Source of the DNA: Candidatus Cloacimonadales bacterium | GTDB taxonomy: Bacteria; Cloacimonadota; Cloacimonadia; Cloacimonadales; DAONDQ01 | Assembly (NCBI GenBank): GCA_963662275.1 | Contig: OY759316.1 | Location: 4,224,001 to 4,288,000, forward strand | Direction of reading: 5' to 3' | Length of the DNA stretch: 64,000 nt | In this document: one piece after another, positions 20,609 through 30,075 of the stretch | Layout: every line of letters starts with the position of its first letter | How positions within the stretch are numbered: the stretch's first letter is position 1 | The notes under the pieces: model-generated | What the model was told of the DNA's origin: nothing | What the model saw: the letters and a program-made list of their open reading frames with translations, nothing else | Database searches by the model: none | Made by a program: the position numbers and the translations under genes

Positions 20609-21097
20609 ATGAATCTTTTCGAAGAGGCAATGTCCCTGGAAATTTCTATGGAAGAGTATTATCGGCATTTAATTGAAGACTGCAATTACAATCCGGAAAT
20701 AAAGAAAATCCTTTGTATGCTTGTAGAAGACACGAATAGTCACATTAATAGTTTAAGAAACATGAACCAATTCATAAAAGCAGAACCAAATGATTCAGAT
20801 TTTTTCCTGAAAGCAAAAGAAATTTTCCATTCGCTTCAGGAAAAAAAGAAATACGGGATTTGTAACTTAGACCAGATAGAAGCCTACGAGAATGTTAGGG
20901 TGAATCTGAAAAAGACAATTGCCTTGTATGAAGAGATGATTACCAATACACATGATGATCGTCAATCTGAAATCATAACCTTAATCTTTAATGAAAAAAG
21001 AAAACATGTCTATCTATTGGACAATATCATTGAATTACTGCTTCATCCTGAGCAATGGGTTGAGAATGGCGAATTTAATCACATGGAAGCTTATTGA
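20609..21097 (+). CDS. Ferritin-like/rubrerythrin-family protein
   Basis: A..LE..MEEYY; E.RKH..LL; C-terminal PEQWVENGEFNH.E.Y; GGAGG RBS before ATG 20609. Confidence 0.7.
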   Translation: MNLFEEAMSLEISMEEYYRHLIEDCNYNPEIKKILCMLVEDTNSHINSLRNMNQFIKAEPNDSDFFLKAKEIFHSLQEKKKYGICNLDQIEAYENVRVNLKKTIALYEEMITNTHDDRQSEIITLIFNEKRKHVYLLDNIIELLLHPEQWVENGEFNHMEAY

Positions 21098-21104
21098 CCT
21101 TCCC

Positions 21105-21162
21105 GTGGAGTAGGATTCCGATCCTACTGAAGATATGCGTAGAGGAGGACTCCTTTCCTGCT
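21105..21162 (+). repeat. Two tandem REP hairpins (GTRR-AGYARGA family)
   Basis: gtggagtaggattccgatcctact and gtagaggaggactcctttcctgct, each followed by gaagat. Confidence 0.75.
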
Positions 21163-21179
21163 GAAGATGTCGCTCCTGT

Positions 21180-21410
21180 ACTCCCCAGAAAACGGATTTT
21201 CGCTACCGATGATGAAAGGTGAGTTCTCCGAGTGAACAGATTTATCTATTTGTATCGAGGAGATGACATTGCACAACCTTATAGGGTCACATTGGGTCAT
21301 TTCGATACAATTTCTCCTTCGTCGAAATCACTCAATGAACCGGCTCTTAGCTTTCATGTAAAGTCCACTTGCCCTCTAGCCAGGTATTCAATGGGCATAT
21401 GAACTCCTGA
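21180..21410 (-). repeat. Interrupted copy of the ~150 bp two-hairpin element, containing TTCGA-type repeats
   Basis: ttttcgctaccgatgatgaaaggt and aagtccacttgccct..gggcatatgaactcc match the 25.2/33.1/34.5 kb copies; insert contains gtcatttcgatac...cactcaatgaacc. Confidence 0.7.
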
Positions 21411-21458
21411 TTCCGAACTTATTCTCTCCTTTGAACCTCATTCAGCGCACTTGTAAAA

Positions 21459-21556
21459 CAACCACACCACCACCGCAACACCACCGCAGGACTACCGCAG
21501 GAGAACCGCTCCTTTGAGCGGTTGTGTTTTGGTTATGTTGTGGTTGTTGAATAGTT
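21459..21556. repeat. Palindrome with 11-nt periodic arms
   Basis: acc at 21461/72/83/94/505; core aaccgctc-cttt-gagcggtt; ggtt at 21520/31/42. Confidence 0.7.
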
Positions 21557-21658
21557 TATCTTCTTTTGTGTTATTAGTGGGTTATGGGTGGGTTAAAACT
21601 ATCGGTAGTTATTACTTTAGGGATGGTAAAGTTTACTTCAGCGGGTAATTCCGGATAA

Positions 21659-21826
21659 GCATCCTACTCCACAACCGCGAAATGCGGAGCTACGTGTTCA
21701 GTAGGATCGGCATCCTACTCCACAACCGCGTAAATGCGGAGCTACGTATTCAGTAGGATCGGCATCCTACTCCACAACCGCGAAATGCGGAGCTACGTGT
21801 TCAGTAGGATCGGCATCCTACTCCAC
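21659..21826. repeat. Tandem 51-52 bp REP mosaic array (BIME-like), about 3.3 units
   Basis: Unit gcatcctactccacaaccgcgaaatgcggagctacgtgttcagtaggatcg, nearly identical copies. Confidence 0.92.
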
Positions 21827-22852
21827 ATCAGAATCAAAGAGATTGAGTTGCTGAAGTTCAGGCTCTTTGATGCCGAAATGACGATATGCTTTTCTTGTTG
21901 CTCTTCTACCCTGTAATGTCCGATCCAGGAACCCTTGCTGAATCAGGTAAGGTTCAAAGATTTCTTCGATTGTACCCGGGTCTTCACCCACAGCAACCGC
22001 AAGCGTTTTTATTCCAACAGGTCCACCCTGGTAGTTTTCCATGATCGTCACGAGTATGCGTTTATCCATATCATCCAGTCCGGCATGATCTACATTCAGC
22101 ATATCCAGCGCTTTCAGGCAAAGAGGATGTGTAATCTTTCCATCTCCCATGATCTGGGCATAATCACGCACGCGACGTAACAAACGATTGGCAACACGTG
22201 GCGTTCCCCTGCTTCTTTTGGCAAGTTCAACAGTGGCTTTATCTTCCATTGGTAAATCAAGAAGTTTAGCTGTCCTTTTCAAAATAGCTTCAATAGACTT
22301 CTGATCATAATAATCCAATCTCAGGACGATTCCAAACCTGTCTCTCAGGGGAGAAGTCAGTAATCCTGCACGGGTAGTGGCACCGATCATAGTGAAGGGT
22401 TCGAGTTCTATTTTTAAACTGCGGGCACTTGGACCGCTATCAATAATAATTTCCATTTCAAAATCTTCTATTGCAGGATAGATATATTCTTCAATCACAT
22501 GGTTGAGACGATGAATTTCATCTATAAACAGTACTTCATGACGTTTCAGATTCGTAAGGATTCCTGCTAAATCAGAAGGTTTCTCCAGTACCGGACCGGA
22601 ACTGACTGCCAGCGGAACACCCAATTCATTTGAAATGATATGCGCCAGGGTAGTTTTGCCTAAACCGGGAGGACCGAAAAGCAGCACATGATCGAGAGGT
22701 TCTTTACGCAATTTAGTTGCTTGGATAGAGATATCCAGTAATTGCTTAATTTGATCCTGCCCAATGAAATCTGCAAGTGTCTTGGGTCTGAGGGCACGGT
22801 CAAAGTCTTTTTCTTCTGTCATTTCGATGGGATTTGTGATGCGTTCTAACAT
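21818..22852 (-). CDS. ruvB: Holliday junction branch migration helicase RuvB
   Basis: LRPKTLADFIGQ, GPPGLGKTT, FIDEIHR, GATTRAG, RGTPRVANRLL, EPYLIQ. Confidence 0.98.
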   Translation of the reverse strand: MLERITNPIEMTEEKDFDRALRPKTLADFIGQDQIKQLLDISIQATKLRKEPLDHVLLFGPPGLGKTTLAHIISNELGVPLAVSSGPVLEKPSDLAGILTNLKRHEVLFIDEIHRLNHVIEEYIYPAIEDFEMEIIIDSGPSARSLKIELEPFTMIGATTRAGLLTSPLRDRFGIVLRLDYYDQKSIEAILKRTAKLLDLPMEDKATVELAKRSRGTPRVANRLLRRVRDYAQIMGDGKITHPLCLKALDMLNVDHAGLDDMDKRILVTIMENYQGGPVGIKTLAVAVGEDPGTIEEIFEPYLIQQGFLDRTLQGRRATRKAYRHFGIKEPELQQLNLFDSDVE

Positions 22853-23017
22853 AATTCCTCACATTTTGTGATACATTGACAAAACAAGGTTGAATTGCAG
22901 ATTGTCAAGAATTTATGAAATTGGAACTTAATAGATATTAAACAGGGCAGTACAATCTTCCTCGACTTGGTCAGAGGTTAAAAAACCAGTTGTATCTTAC
23001 CGCTCATTATCTCGCTT

Positions 23018-23067
23018 GAAAAGGGATGAAGACAATCCCCCCCTTGAGAAGGGGGGTAGGGGGGTCT
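23018..23067. repeat. C/G-run palindromic repeat (same family as the 43.0-43.2 kb element)
   Basis: gaaaagggatgaa..aatcccccccttgagaaggggggtaggggggtct matches the right end of 43022-43219. Confidence 0.75.
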
Positions 23068-23350
23068 CTGCTCTTTGCTGTAGCATAGAGTGTCACTCTG
23101 TTGTATGAAGGGATTGGTAATCCCCGATGGAATCAGCATTCGACAATACCATTGTCAATACAACAGATTTCCAATCTACAATCATTGGTGGCTCATCCTT
23201 CAGGCGTTGTCTGCTATGATAAAAGCAAGTTACCTCCTGAAGTTGGTGCTACGAAGCATGGTAAACCATGCTGCCACGATTCCTAAAGTAATCACCACCA
23301 TCGCAGCTTACAAAGTTATGGTACATTGCAAAAAGGGAAAAACACAAAAA

Positions 23351-24478
23351 TCAAGGGGAAATCCTGACACAACGGAAGCCTAACATGTAGCTGTTGTCAG
23401 TCGATTCGTCCATGTTCCGAACGGAAATTTTGCAGGAGTAGGCAGCGTCGCTCCAGCTACCACCGCGATACATGCGGTCCCACCCGTTAACATCATTATG
23501 CGGGTTAGTCTGGGCACCACTCGGATATGTGTCAAACAAGTCCCAATTCCACTCCCAGACGTTACCGGACATATCAAATATGCCTAATTCGTTGGCTGCC
23601 AATGTTCCTACAGTATTAGCTGTGTAACCTGAGTTGCCACTATAATAAGCCCCCCACCAAGCCACCACATTGATATCATTGCTTCCGCTATAAGTATAAT
23701 TATGGGTCGAATTACCACCTTGTGCCGCAAATTGCCATTCCATCTCGGTAGGAAGGCGGTAGCCATTAGCAGTCCAAGAGCAATATACATGAAATTGATA
23801 GATGGGATCGGAATTCCAACTCCCGGGCCAGGTCGCAGGATTAGTACCATAATCAGCGCCATTGTTGTAAATACTGTTGTTGTAACTATAACAGGGAGTC
23901 AACCCTTCCTGCAGACTCCGACGATTACAATACTCTATGGCATTGAACCAGGAGACCCTCTCTACAGGTCCGTTGGTTACACCTGTGAACCAAGATGGAT
24001 TCACTCCCATCACAGCTTCATAGTCTGCCTGGGTTGTTTCATATTTATCCATAAAGAAGCTGGAGAGGGTTACATCAGAAGTTCCATTATTGAAAGTACC
24101 GCCGGCTACTTTGATAAAGGATTGAACCTGAGTGGCATCCTCGACCGGATTGTCTCTGGCAATTACTTTCACTTTGTACTGCGTGCCTGCCACCATACCA
24201 TCTCCGGCTGGAGTCCAGATCATCGTTTTTGCTACGGGAAGTTTGGGGACACTGTTACCAATGTCTCCGCTAACGGCAGTTGGGTAGATATTATAGGTGC
24301 TGCCACCATCATTGGAAACCATAAGAGTTACTTTACAAATACCATCGGCTGTCAAATTATAGGTAATCGTGACTTGTCCTGAAGAGAAAGTGGCGGCAAC
24401 GTTTTCTACTACAGGTGCGGCGGCAAAGGCATAAGATGCTAGGATTACGAGGAATATTGCTAAGATAAGTTGTTTCAT
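23351..24478 (-). CDS. Secreted Ig-like + FGE-sulfatase (C-type lectin fold) domain protein
   Basis: Signal peptide; MDKYETTQ, PVE.VSWFNA..YCN, GYRLPTEMEW, NELGIFDMSGNVWEW, RGGSW, GFRCVR. Confidence 0.92.
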   Translation of the reverse strand: MKQLILAIFLVILASYAFAAAPVVENVAATFSSGQVTITYNLTADGICKVTLMVSNDGGSTYNIYPTAVSGDIGNSVPKLPVAKTMIWTPAGDGMVAGTQYKVKVIARDNPVEDATQVQSFIKVAGGTFNNGTSDVTLSSFFMDKYETTQADYEAVMGVNPSWFTGVTNGPVERVSWFNAIEYCNRRSLQEGLTPCYSYNNSIYNNGADYGTNPATWPGSWNSDPIYQFHVYCSWTANGYRLPTEMEWQFAAQGGNSTHNYTYSGSNDINVVAWWGAYYSGNSGYTANTVGTLAANELGIFDMSGNVWEWNWDLFDTYPSGAQTNPHNDVNGWDRMYRGGSWSDAAYSCKISVRNMDESTDNSYMLGFRCVRISP

Positions 24479-24489
24479 TTTACTCTCCC

Positions 24490-25188
24490 TTACTTCAGCA
24501 AGACCAGTTTTTTGGTCATATTTACAGAAGGCGTTAACAGTTTATAAAAGTAAATACCGCTGCTGTTGCCTTTACCATTCCAAATCAAATCATGAGTTCC
24601 GGCAGTTAGCGGGAATGTTTTCACGGCTTGTCCACGCAAGTTATAGATAGTTACGCTACCGGTTTCTCCTGTCTTCACAGATACACTGATGTTTGTACTT
24701 TTGCCTGTCTGGAAGGGATTGGGATAAGCACTATTCAGGAATGATATTGCTGTAATTCCGGGACTCTGGCTATCTGTGACGGTAACACTCACAGGTCCGT
24801 GCATCGTGTTTCCGGCACTCATCTCTACGCTTTCCAGCCAATAATAATAGGTATTGCTGCTTTCGACTTCATTGTCCAAAATCGTATAACTATGCTGCTC
24901 AGAAGTATTGGACGCAGTTACAAGGGCTTGATTTAAACGTAACGCGTCGCTAAGAATACCGGTTTGAGAACGGTATGCATTGAAACCAAGCAATGCTGTT
25001 TCGGATTCTGTTACCCAGGTTAAATTTACAAAGTAATCAGTCGTGGCAATTGCTGTGAAAGAGCTGAGTTCCACAGGCAGAGTCTCGTTCGTAATTGCAA
25101 ATGTTCCTGATTCTCCGAAACCGGTCAGGGCAAAGATGCTTCCTGCGCTGAAAAGCAGCAGGAGAGCGAAGAGTAGTTTGTGTTTCAT
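24490..25188 (-). CDS. Secreted protein: short N strand, LPVELSSF domain, FlgD/T9SS-type CTD (no cargo domain)
   Basis: Start MKHKLL after AAGGAG; LPVELSSFTA; AYPNPF...IYNLRGQ...SSGIYFYKL..TKKLVLLK. Confidence 0.85.
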   Translation of the reverse strand: MKHKLLFALLLLFSAGSIFALTGFGESGTFAITNETLPVELSSFTAIATTDYFVNLTWVTESETALLGFNAYRSQTGILSDALRLNQALVTASNTSEQHSYTILDNEVESSNTYYYWLESVEMSAGNTMHGPVSVTVTDSQSPGITAISFLNSAYPNPFQTGKSTNISVSVKTGETGSVTIYNLRGQAVKTFPLTAGTHDLIWNGKGNSSGIYFYKLLTPSVNMTKKLVLLK

Positions 25189-25212
25189 GTCTTGCTCCTT
25201 TTTTGTTGTATG

Positions 25213-25343
25213 TATGAAACCTAGATTTTGGAGTTCATTTGCCCAAGCTAATTTCATATGAACAGATAATTAAAAGGGCAAGTGGACTTCATAATCAACA
25301 CTTTCATCATCGGTAGCGAAAACCTACTTTCAGTAAAGTTTAA
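25213..25343 (+). repeat. Dispersed ~150 bp two-hairpin element
   Basis: ggagttcatttgccc...gggcaagtggacttc...ctttcatcatcggtagcgaaaacct. Confidence 0.75.
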
Positions 25344-25804
25344 CCCCCTTGTACACCCCCGTTAACAAATTCTGGTTTGCATACCAACTTGCCTTGTGAA
25401 ATGTCATTTATCACATTTAGTCAAAGTCTTAAATAATGGTTATGAATAACCATTCAACATTGCTTCGGCAAGTTGAAATCCAAAGATCGCCAGAAGTAGA
25501 TGGTGGAATCATTTACGTAACCATTTTATTTTATGTCTATGCAGGTATTTTTGTCAATAAAAATATCAGTGATATCCGTAAGCACATTCTAAGGTTACAA
25601 TAATTAGGATATTGCATTACAATAAAAGCCTGTAAAATATGATCCGATATTTCTTGGATTTTGGGTAGTCTGTTTGTAATCAACAAAAAATGCATAGAAT
25701 TATGACAACTATAATTAGTAAAAAGGAAAAAATCCTTGCTCTTTAAATTTCATTTTAAAAGATGTCGCAATTAAAGATAGTATTTTCCAGTAAAAGGAGA
25801 AGCA

Positions 25805-27130
25805 ATGAGACTCAAATCTTTTCCTGGAGGTGTACACCCTCATGACAATAAGCACTATTCCAAGAAAGCGCAAGTGGAAGAAATGCCTTTGCCAGGCAAA
25901 GTTGTCATACCTCTATCGCAACACATTGGGGCACCTGCCAAACCGATCGTGCAAGTGGGTGATAAAGTTCTTACCGGTCAGATGATCGCTGAGCCGGGCG
26001 GATTTGTTTCAATTCCCATGCATGCCTCGATTTCAGGCACTGTTACCAAAATCGATCTCTTTTCTCATCCAGCAGGGAATCGTCAAATGGCTATCGAAAT
26101 AACCGGAGACGGCACCGATGAATGGGTGAAGTTAGAAGACAATCCGGATTTCTTGAATATGTCTGCCAAAGACATGAAAGAGAAAATAGCCAAAGCAGGT
26201 ATCTGCGGAATGGGTGGTGCTGGATTTCCGACACATGTCAAACTTAGTCCCCCTCCTGAAAACGCCATTGATACTGTTATTTTGAATGGTGTAGAATGTG
26301 AACCTTACCTGACATCAGATTATCGACTGATGATGGAAAGGGGAGAAGACATTGTTTCCGGATTGAAAGCCATTATGAAAGCACTCAATGCTGCCAATGG
26401 CTATATTGGAATTGAAGTCAACAAGCCGGATGCAATCGCTAAGATGGAACAAATAGTCAAAGGCGAAAAAAACATCAGTGTTGTTGGTTTGCAACTGAAA
26501 TACCCCCAAGGTGCTGAAAAGCAACTGATCTATGCAGCAACCAAACGCAAGGTTCCAGCAAAAGGCGGATTACCGTTGGCTGTTGGTGTTGTGGTTCAGA
26601 ATGTGGGCACAGCAGTAGCTGTTTATGAAGCTCTGCGTTTTGGAAAACCTCTCATTCAGCGCATCGTTACTGTCACTGGAAAGATCGTGAAGAATCCGAA
26701 GAACCTGAAAACACGTATTGGTACTTCCATGCAGGAAATGCTTGATTTCTGTGGCGGAACAACAGGAGAGATCGGTAAGGTCATTTCCGGTGGACCAATG
26801 ATGGGTATTGCCATCGCAACACTGGATACTCCAATTGGAAAAGGCAGTTCAGGCATTGTGATTTTTGATCCAAAAGAAGCTGGAAAAGATGATGAGAATG
26901 TTTGCCTGCATTGCGGACGTTGTATCGATGTCTGTCCCATGGATCTCTTCCCAGCCCAGATAGCTGCCTGTGTCCGAACTGATAAGCTGGAAGAATCACA
27001 GAAAGCTGGTTTGACTGACTGTATGAAATGCGGTAGTTGCGCATATGTTTGTCCTTCGCATATCAAAATTGTCCAGTGGATTGAGATCGGTAAACAGAAA
27101 GTTGCTGAACTGCAACGGAATAAAAAATAA
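25805..27130 (+). CDS. rnfC: Rnf complex subunit C
   Basis: GGVHP, QHIGAP, GMGGAGFPT, ECEPYLT.D, KYPQGAEK, GGPMMG, two 4Fe-4S motifs. Confidence 0.97.
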   Translation: MRLKSFPGGVHPHDNKHYSKKAQVEEMPLPGKVVIPLSQHIGAPAKPIVQVGDKVLTGQMIAEPGGFVSIPMHASISGTVTKIDLFSHPAGNRQMAIEITGDGTDEWVKLEDNPDFLNMSAKDMKEKIAKAGICGMGGAGFPTHVKLSPPPENAIDTVILNGVECEPYLTSDYRLMMERGEDIVSGLKAIMKALNAANGYIGIEVNKPDAIAKMEQIVKGEKNISVVGLQLKYPQGAEKQLIYAATKRKVPAKGGLPLAVGVVVQNVGTAVAVYEALRFGKPLIQRIVTVTGKIVKNPKNLKTRIGTSMQEMLDFCGGTTGEIGKVISGGPMMGIAIATLDTPIGKGSSGIVIFDPKEAGKDDENVCLHCGRCIDVCPMDLFPAQIAACVRTDKLEESQKAGLTDCMKCGSCAYVCPSHIKIVQWIEIGKQKVAELQRNKK

Positions 27131-27166
27131 TCGAAATTATATAAAGTCATCCTTCAAGGAGGATTC

Positions 27167-28255
27167 ATGGAGAATAAATTTGTCGTCTCTGCTGCGCCTC
27201 ATTTACATGATAGGACATCAGTTTCCTTTGTAATGTGGCAGGTGGTCATTGCCCTTATTCCGGCTTTGATTGCTGCTGTTTATTTCTTCGGAATTCAATC
27301 TCTGCTTCTTACTCTTTATGGTGGCTTTGCTGCCATGGCTGCAGAAGCCCTGATTCAGAAATTCCGTAAAAAACCTATTACGATTATGGATGGCAGTGCT
27401 TTCCTAACTGGTATGCTGGTTGCCTTCAATCTGAATGCCGGTACACCCTGGTGGCTGACAGTTGTTGGCTCAGTATTTGCCATTGCGATCGGAAAACATG
27501 CCTTTGGTGGTTTGGGAATGAACCCGATGAACCCGGCACTCTTAGGACGTGCCTTTGTTCTTGCTTCCTGGCCTACAATGGTAACAGCCGGTTGGATACC
27601 AACACTGAAGAATTCCATCAATGGAATAAATATGGCTGATATTCCAATCCCTAATCTCCAGGCAATTTCACCGAAAGCCTATACGCTCCTGACTTCAGCA
27701 ACCCCTCTGAATGTTGCCAAGTCAATGCGGGATACTACCTTTGTCCAAACCATGACAACGAATCCTGTCCAAAACTCACAACTTCATGATCTCATACAGA
27801 ATAGCCTCGTGAACTTTCAAAATCTTCAGAACCTGTTCTGGGGAAATATTGGCGGTTCCTTTGGTGAAGTTTCTGCTTTCGCACTTTTATTTGGTGCTTT
27901 ATGGCTAATTCATAACCATATCATTGAATGGCGGATACCACTCAGTTATATCATAACTGTATTTGTGTTGGGCTTCTTAATTGACGGGATGTCAATTTCA
28001 AATGCTCTCTTCCAAGTATTGGCTGGTGGTTTGGTTCTGGGTGCCTTCTATATGGCAACAGATCCTGTTACCTCTCCCATGACTAAGAAGGGAAGGGTCA
28101 TCTTTGGAATTGGCTGTGGTATTGTTACAATGTTCATCAGGTTTAAGGGTGGATATCCGGAAGGTGTCTGTTATGCTATCCTGTTAATGAACATTGCCGT
28201 ACCTTTAATTGATAAATATACGGTTCCTCGTGCTTTCGGGGAGGTGAAGAAATGA
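27167..28255 (+). CDS. rnfD: Rnf complex subunit D
   Basis: GGLG.NP.NPAL, FMN site TSATPL, GEVSA, MATDPVTSP, GYPEG. Confidence 0.97.
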   Translation: MENKFVVSAAPHLHDRTSVSFVMWQVVIALIPALIAAVYFFGIQSLLLTLYGGFAAMAAEALIQKFRKKPITIMDGSAFLTGMLVAFNLNAGTPWWLTVVGSVFAIAIGKHAFGGLGMNPMNPALLGRAFVLASWPTMVTAGWIPTLKNSINGINMADIPIPNLQAISPKAYTLLTSATPLNVAKSMRDTTFVQTMTTNPVQNSQLHDLIQNSLVNFQNLQNLFWGNIGGSFGEVSAFALLFGALWLIHNHIIEWRIPLSYIITVFVLGFLIDGMSISNALFQVLAGGLVLGAFYMATDPVTSPMTKKGRVIFGIGCGIVTMFIRFKGGYPEGVCYAILLMNIAVPLIDKYTVPRAFGEVKK

Positions 28256-28854
28256 AAGAAATCATCAAATTAGGTGTTATCTTATTTTTGTTCTGTGCCA
28301 TTGGCAGTGGCGTTCTTGCTTATGTGAATGAAATCACCAAAGACAAGATCAAAGAAAATAAAAAATTAACGGAAGATGCTGCCCGATCTGAAGTCTTACC
28401 AAATGTGAAGTTCGATGGTCCTTTCACGGCAAATGCCGGAAAACCGGATTCCCTGGTTTATTATATGGGAAAAGACACGGATGGTAATATCGTAGGTTAT
28501 ACTTTTGTAGCAGCAGGTCGTGGCTATAGCAGCACCGTGAAAACAATGGTATCTGTCAGTCCTGAATTCCAGGTATTGAAAATCAAAGTTATCGAACAGA
28601 ATGAAACCCCCGGTCTTGGAGCTAATTGTTTGAAGGACGATTTTGCACCACGTTTCGAAAAGATGAATATTACAGACCTGGTTGTTGATAAAGATGGGGG
28701 AAAGATCAAATCTATCACTGGTTCCACCATTTCAACAAGAGCTATAACCAAATCAATTCGCAATGCATTAATGATTATGAAGAATGAAATCGAAACGAAT
28801 CCTAAATCAGCAGAACCTGCTGTGAAGGTTGCGTTAGCAGGAGGTTCCTTATGA
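28252..28854 (+). CDS. rnfG: Rnf complex subunit G
   Basis: GY.S, ETPGLG, ITGSTIST FMN-binding motif. Confidence 0.95.
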   Translation: MKEIIKLGVILFLFCAIGSGVLAYVNEITKDKIKENKKLTEDAARSEVLPNVKFDGPFTANAGKPDSLVYYMGKDTDGNIVGYTFVAAGRGYSSTVKTMVSVSPEFQVLKIKVIEQNETPGLGANCLKDDFAPRFEKMNITDLVVDKDGGKIKSITGSTISTRAITKSIRNALMIMKNEIETNPKSAEPAVKVALAGGSL

Positions 28855-29450
28855 ATCTGATAAAGGAATTTACCAAAGGGTTTGTGAAAGAAAACCCGAC
28901 ATTTGTTTTGGTTTTGGGAATGTGCCCAACACTTGCCACGACTACTTCACTGAAGAATGCCATTGGTATGGGTGTGGCAGCCACATTTGTCCTCGTATGT
29001 TCAAATATGATGATTTCCCTGATCAAGAATGTGACTCCTTCCAATATCCGCATTCCGATATATGTTGTGGTTATTGCAGCTTTCGTTTCCATTGTGGATA
29101 TGATGATGGCTGCCTATACACCACCTCTATATAAAGCGCTTGGAATATTCATTCCTTTAATCGTGGTGAATTGTATCATTCTAGGAAGAGCAGAAGCATT
29201 TGCTGGTAAATACGGTTTTCTTCCTTCCACAGCAGATGGATTGGGAATGGGTATTGGCTTTACCTTAGCGCTATCCGTGATGGCAACCATACGTGAACTA
29301 CTCGGGACTGGTCAGATTTATGGTACGGATATCATGCCACAAGGTTATCTCGCTAATCCTATGTTAGCTGCTGTATTAGTTCCCGGTGCTTTTTTCACAT
29401 TGGGATTCCTGATGGCATTAGTAAAAATATTAAGAAAACAGGAATCGTAG
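28851..29450 (+). CDS. rnfE: Rnf complex subunit E
   Basis: ENPTFV..LGMCP.LA, IPLIVVNCIILGRAE. Confidence 0.97.
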   Translation: MNLIKEFTKGFVKENPTFVLVLGMCPTLATTTSLKNAIGMGVAATFVLVCSNMMISLIKNVTPSNIRIPIYVVVIAAFVSIVDMMMAAYTPPLYKALGIFIPLIVVNCIILGRAEAFAGKYGFLPSTADGLGMGIGFTLALSVMATIRELLGTGQIYGTDIMPQGYLANPMLAAVLVPGAFFTLGFLMALVKILRKQES

Positions 29451-29459
29451 GAGATAAGT

Positions 29460-30065
29460 ATGGAATATTTAGGCAATATCTTCATTATGGCGATTAGCGC
29501 CATACTAATACAAAACTTTATCCTGGCAAGATTCCTGGGTCTATGTCCCTTCCTGGGTGTTTCCACAAAAATGGATTCTGCTTTTGGAATGGGAATGGCG
29601 GTTATTTTCGTTATGACCCTGGCATCTTCGCTAACTTACTTGATTTATGCATACCTGCTGATTCCCAATCAACTTGAATATTTAAGCACAATTGCCTTTA
29701 TATTGGCAATCGCTGCCTTGGTTCAATTTGTAGAAATGGTAATCAAGAAGAACGCACCTGCTTTGTATAAATCATTAGGTATTTACTTACCTTTGATCAC
29801 AACAAACTGTGCTGTCTTGGGTGTAGCTTTACTGAACTTTATTGATAAATGGCCTAATGGTAAATCTTATAACTTCTTAGATTCTACATTGAATGGTTTC
29901 TTTTCCGGTGTGGGATTTACGGTTGTATTGTTACTCATGGCTGGAATTCGTGAAAGATATGAATTCATAGAAATACCCGAATCCATGCGTGGTTTTCCCA
30001 TTGCCCTCATTACGGCTGGCTGTATGGCTCTTGCCTTTATGGGCTTTGCCGGATTAAAGTTGTAA
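29460..30065 (+). CDS. rnfA: Rnf complex subunit A
   Basis: FLGLCPFLGVS, LPLITTNCAVLG. Confidence 0.97.
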   Translation: MEYLGNIFIMAISAILIQNFILARFLGLCPFLGVSTKMDSAFGMGMAVIFVMTLASSLTYLIYAYLLIPNQLEYLSTIAFILAIAALVQFVEMVIKKNAPALYKSLGIYLPLITTNCAVLGVALLNFIDKWPNGKSYNFLDSTLNGFFSGVGFTVVLLLMAGIRERYEFIEIPESMRGFPIALITAGCMALAFMGFAGLKL

Positions 30066-30075
30066 GGGGGGATAT

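Noticed and set aside
21659..21826. CRISPR array
   Set aside because: Intervening segments are essentially identical, so there are no unique spacers; no cas genes; units are REP hairpins
23090..23340. DGR template repeat or small gene downstream of the FGE gene
   Set aside because: No similarity to the variable region, no AAC runs, and no convincing ORF; possibly a decayed remnant
23702..24382. 226-aa antisense ORF and other short shadow ORFs in the track
   Set aside because: Overlap well-supported genes on the opposite strand or frame and show no recognisable motifs
25394..25416. Rex/CRP-type operator upstream of rnf (ttgtga...tcaca)
   Set aside because: Arm spacing fits neither consensus, and it is about 400 nt from rnfC
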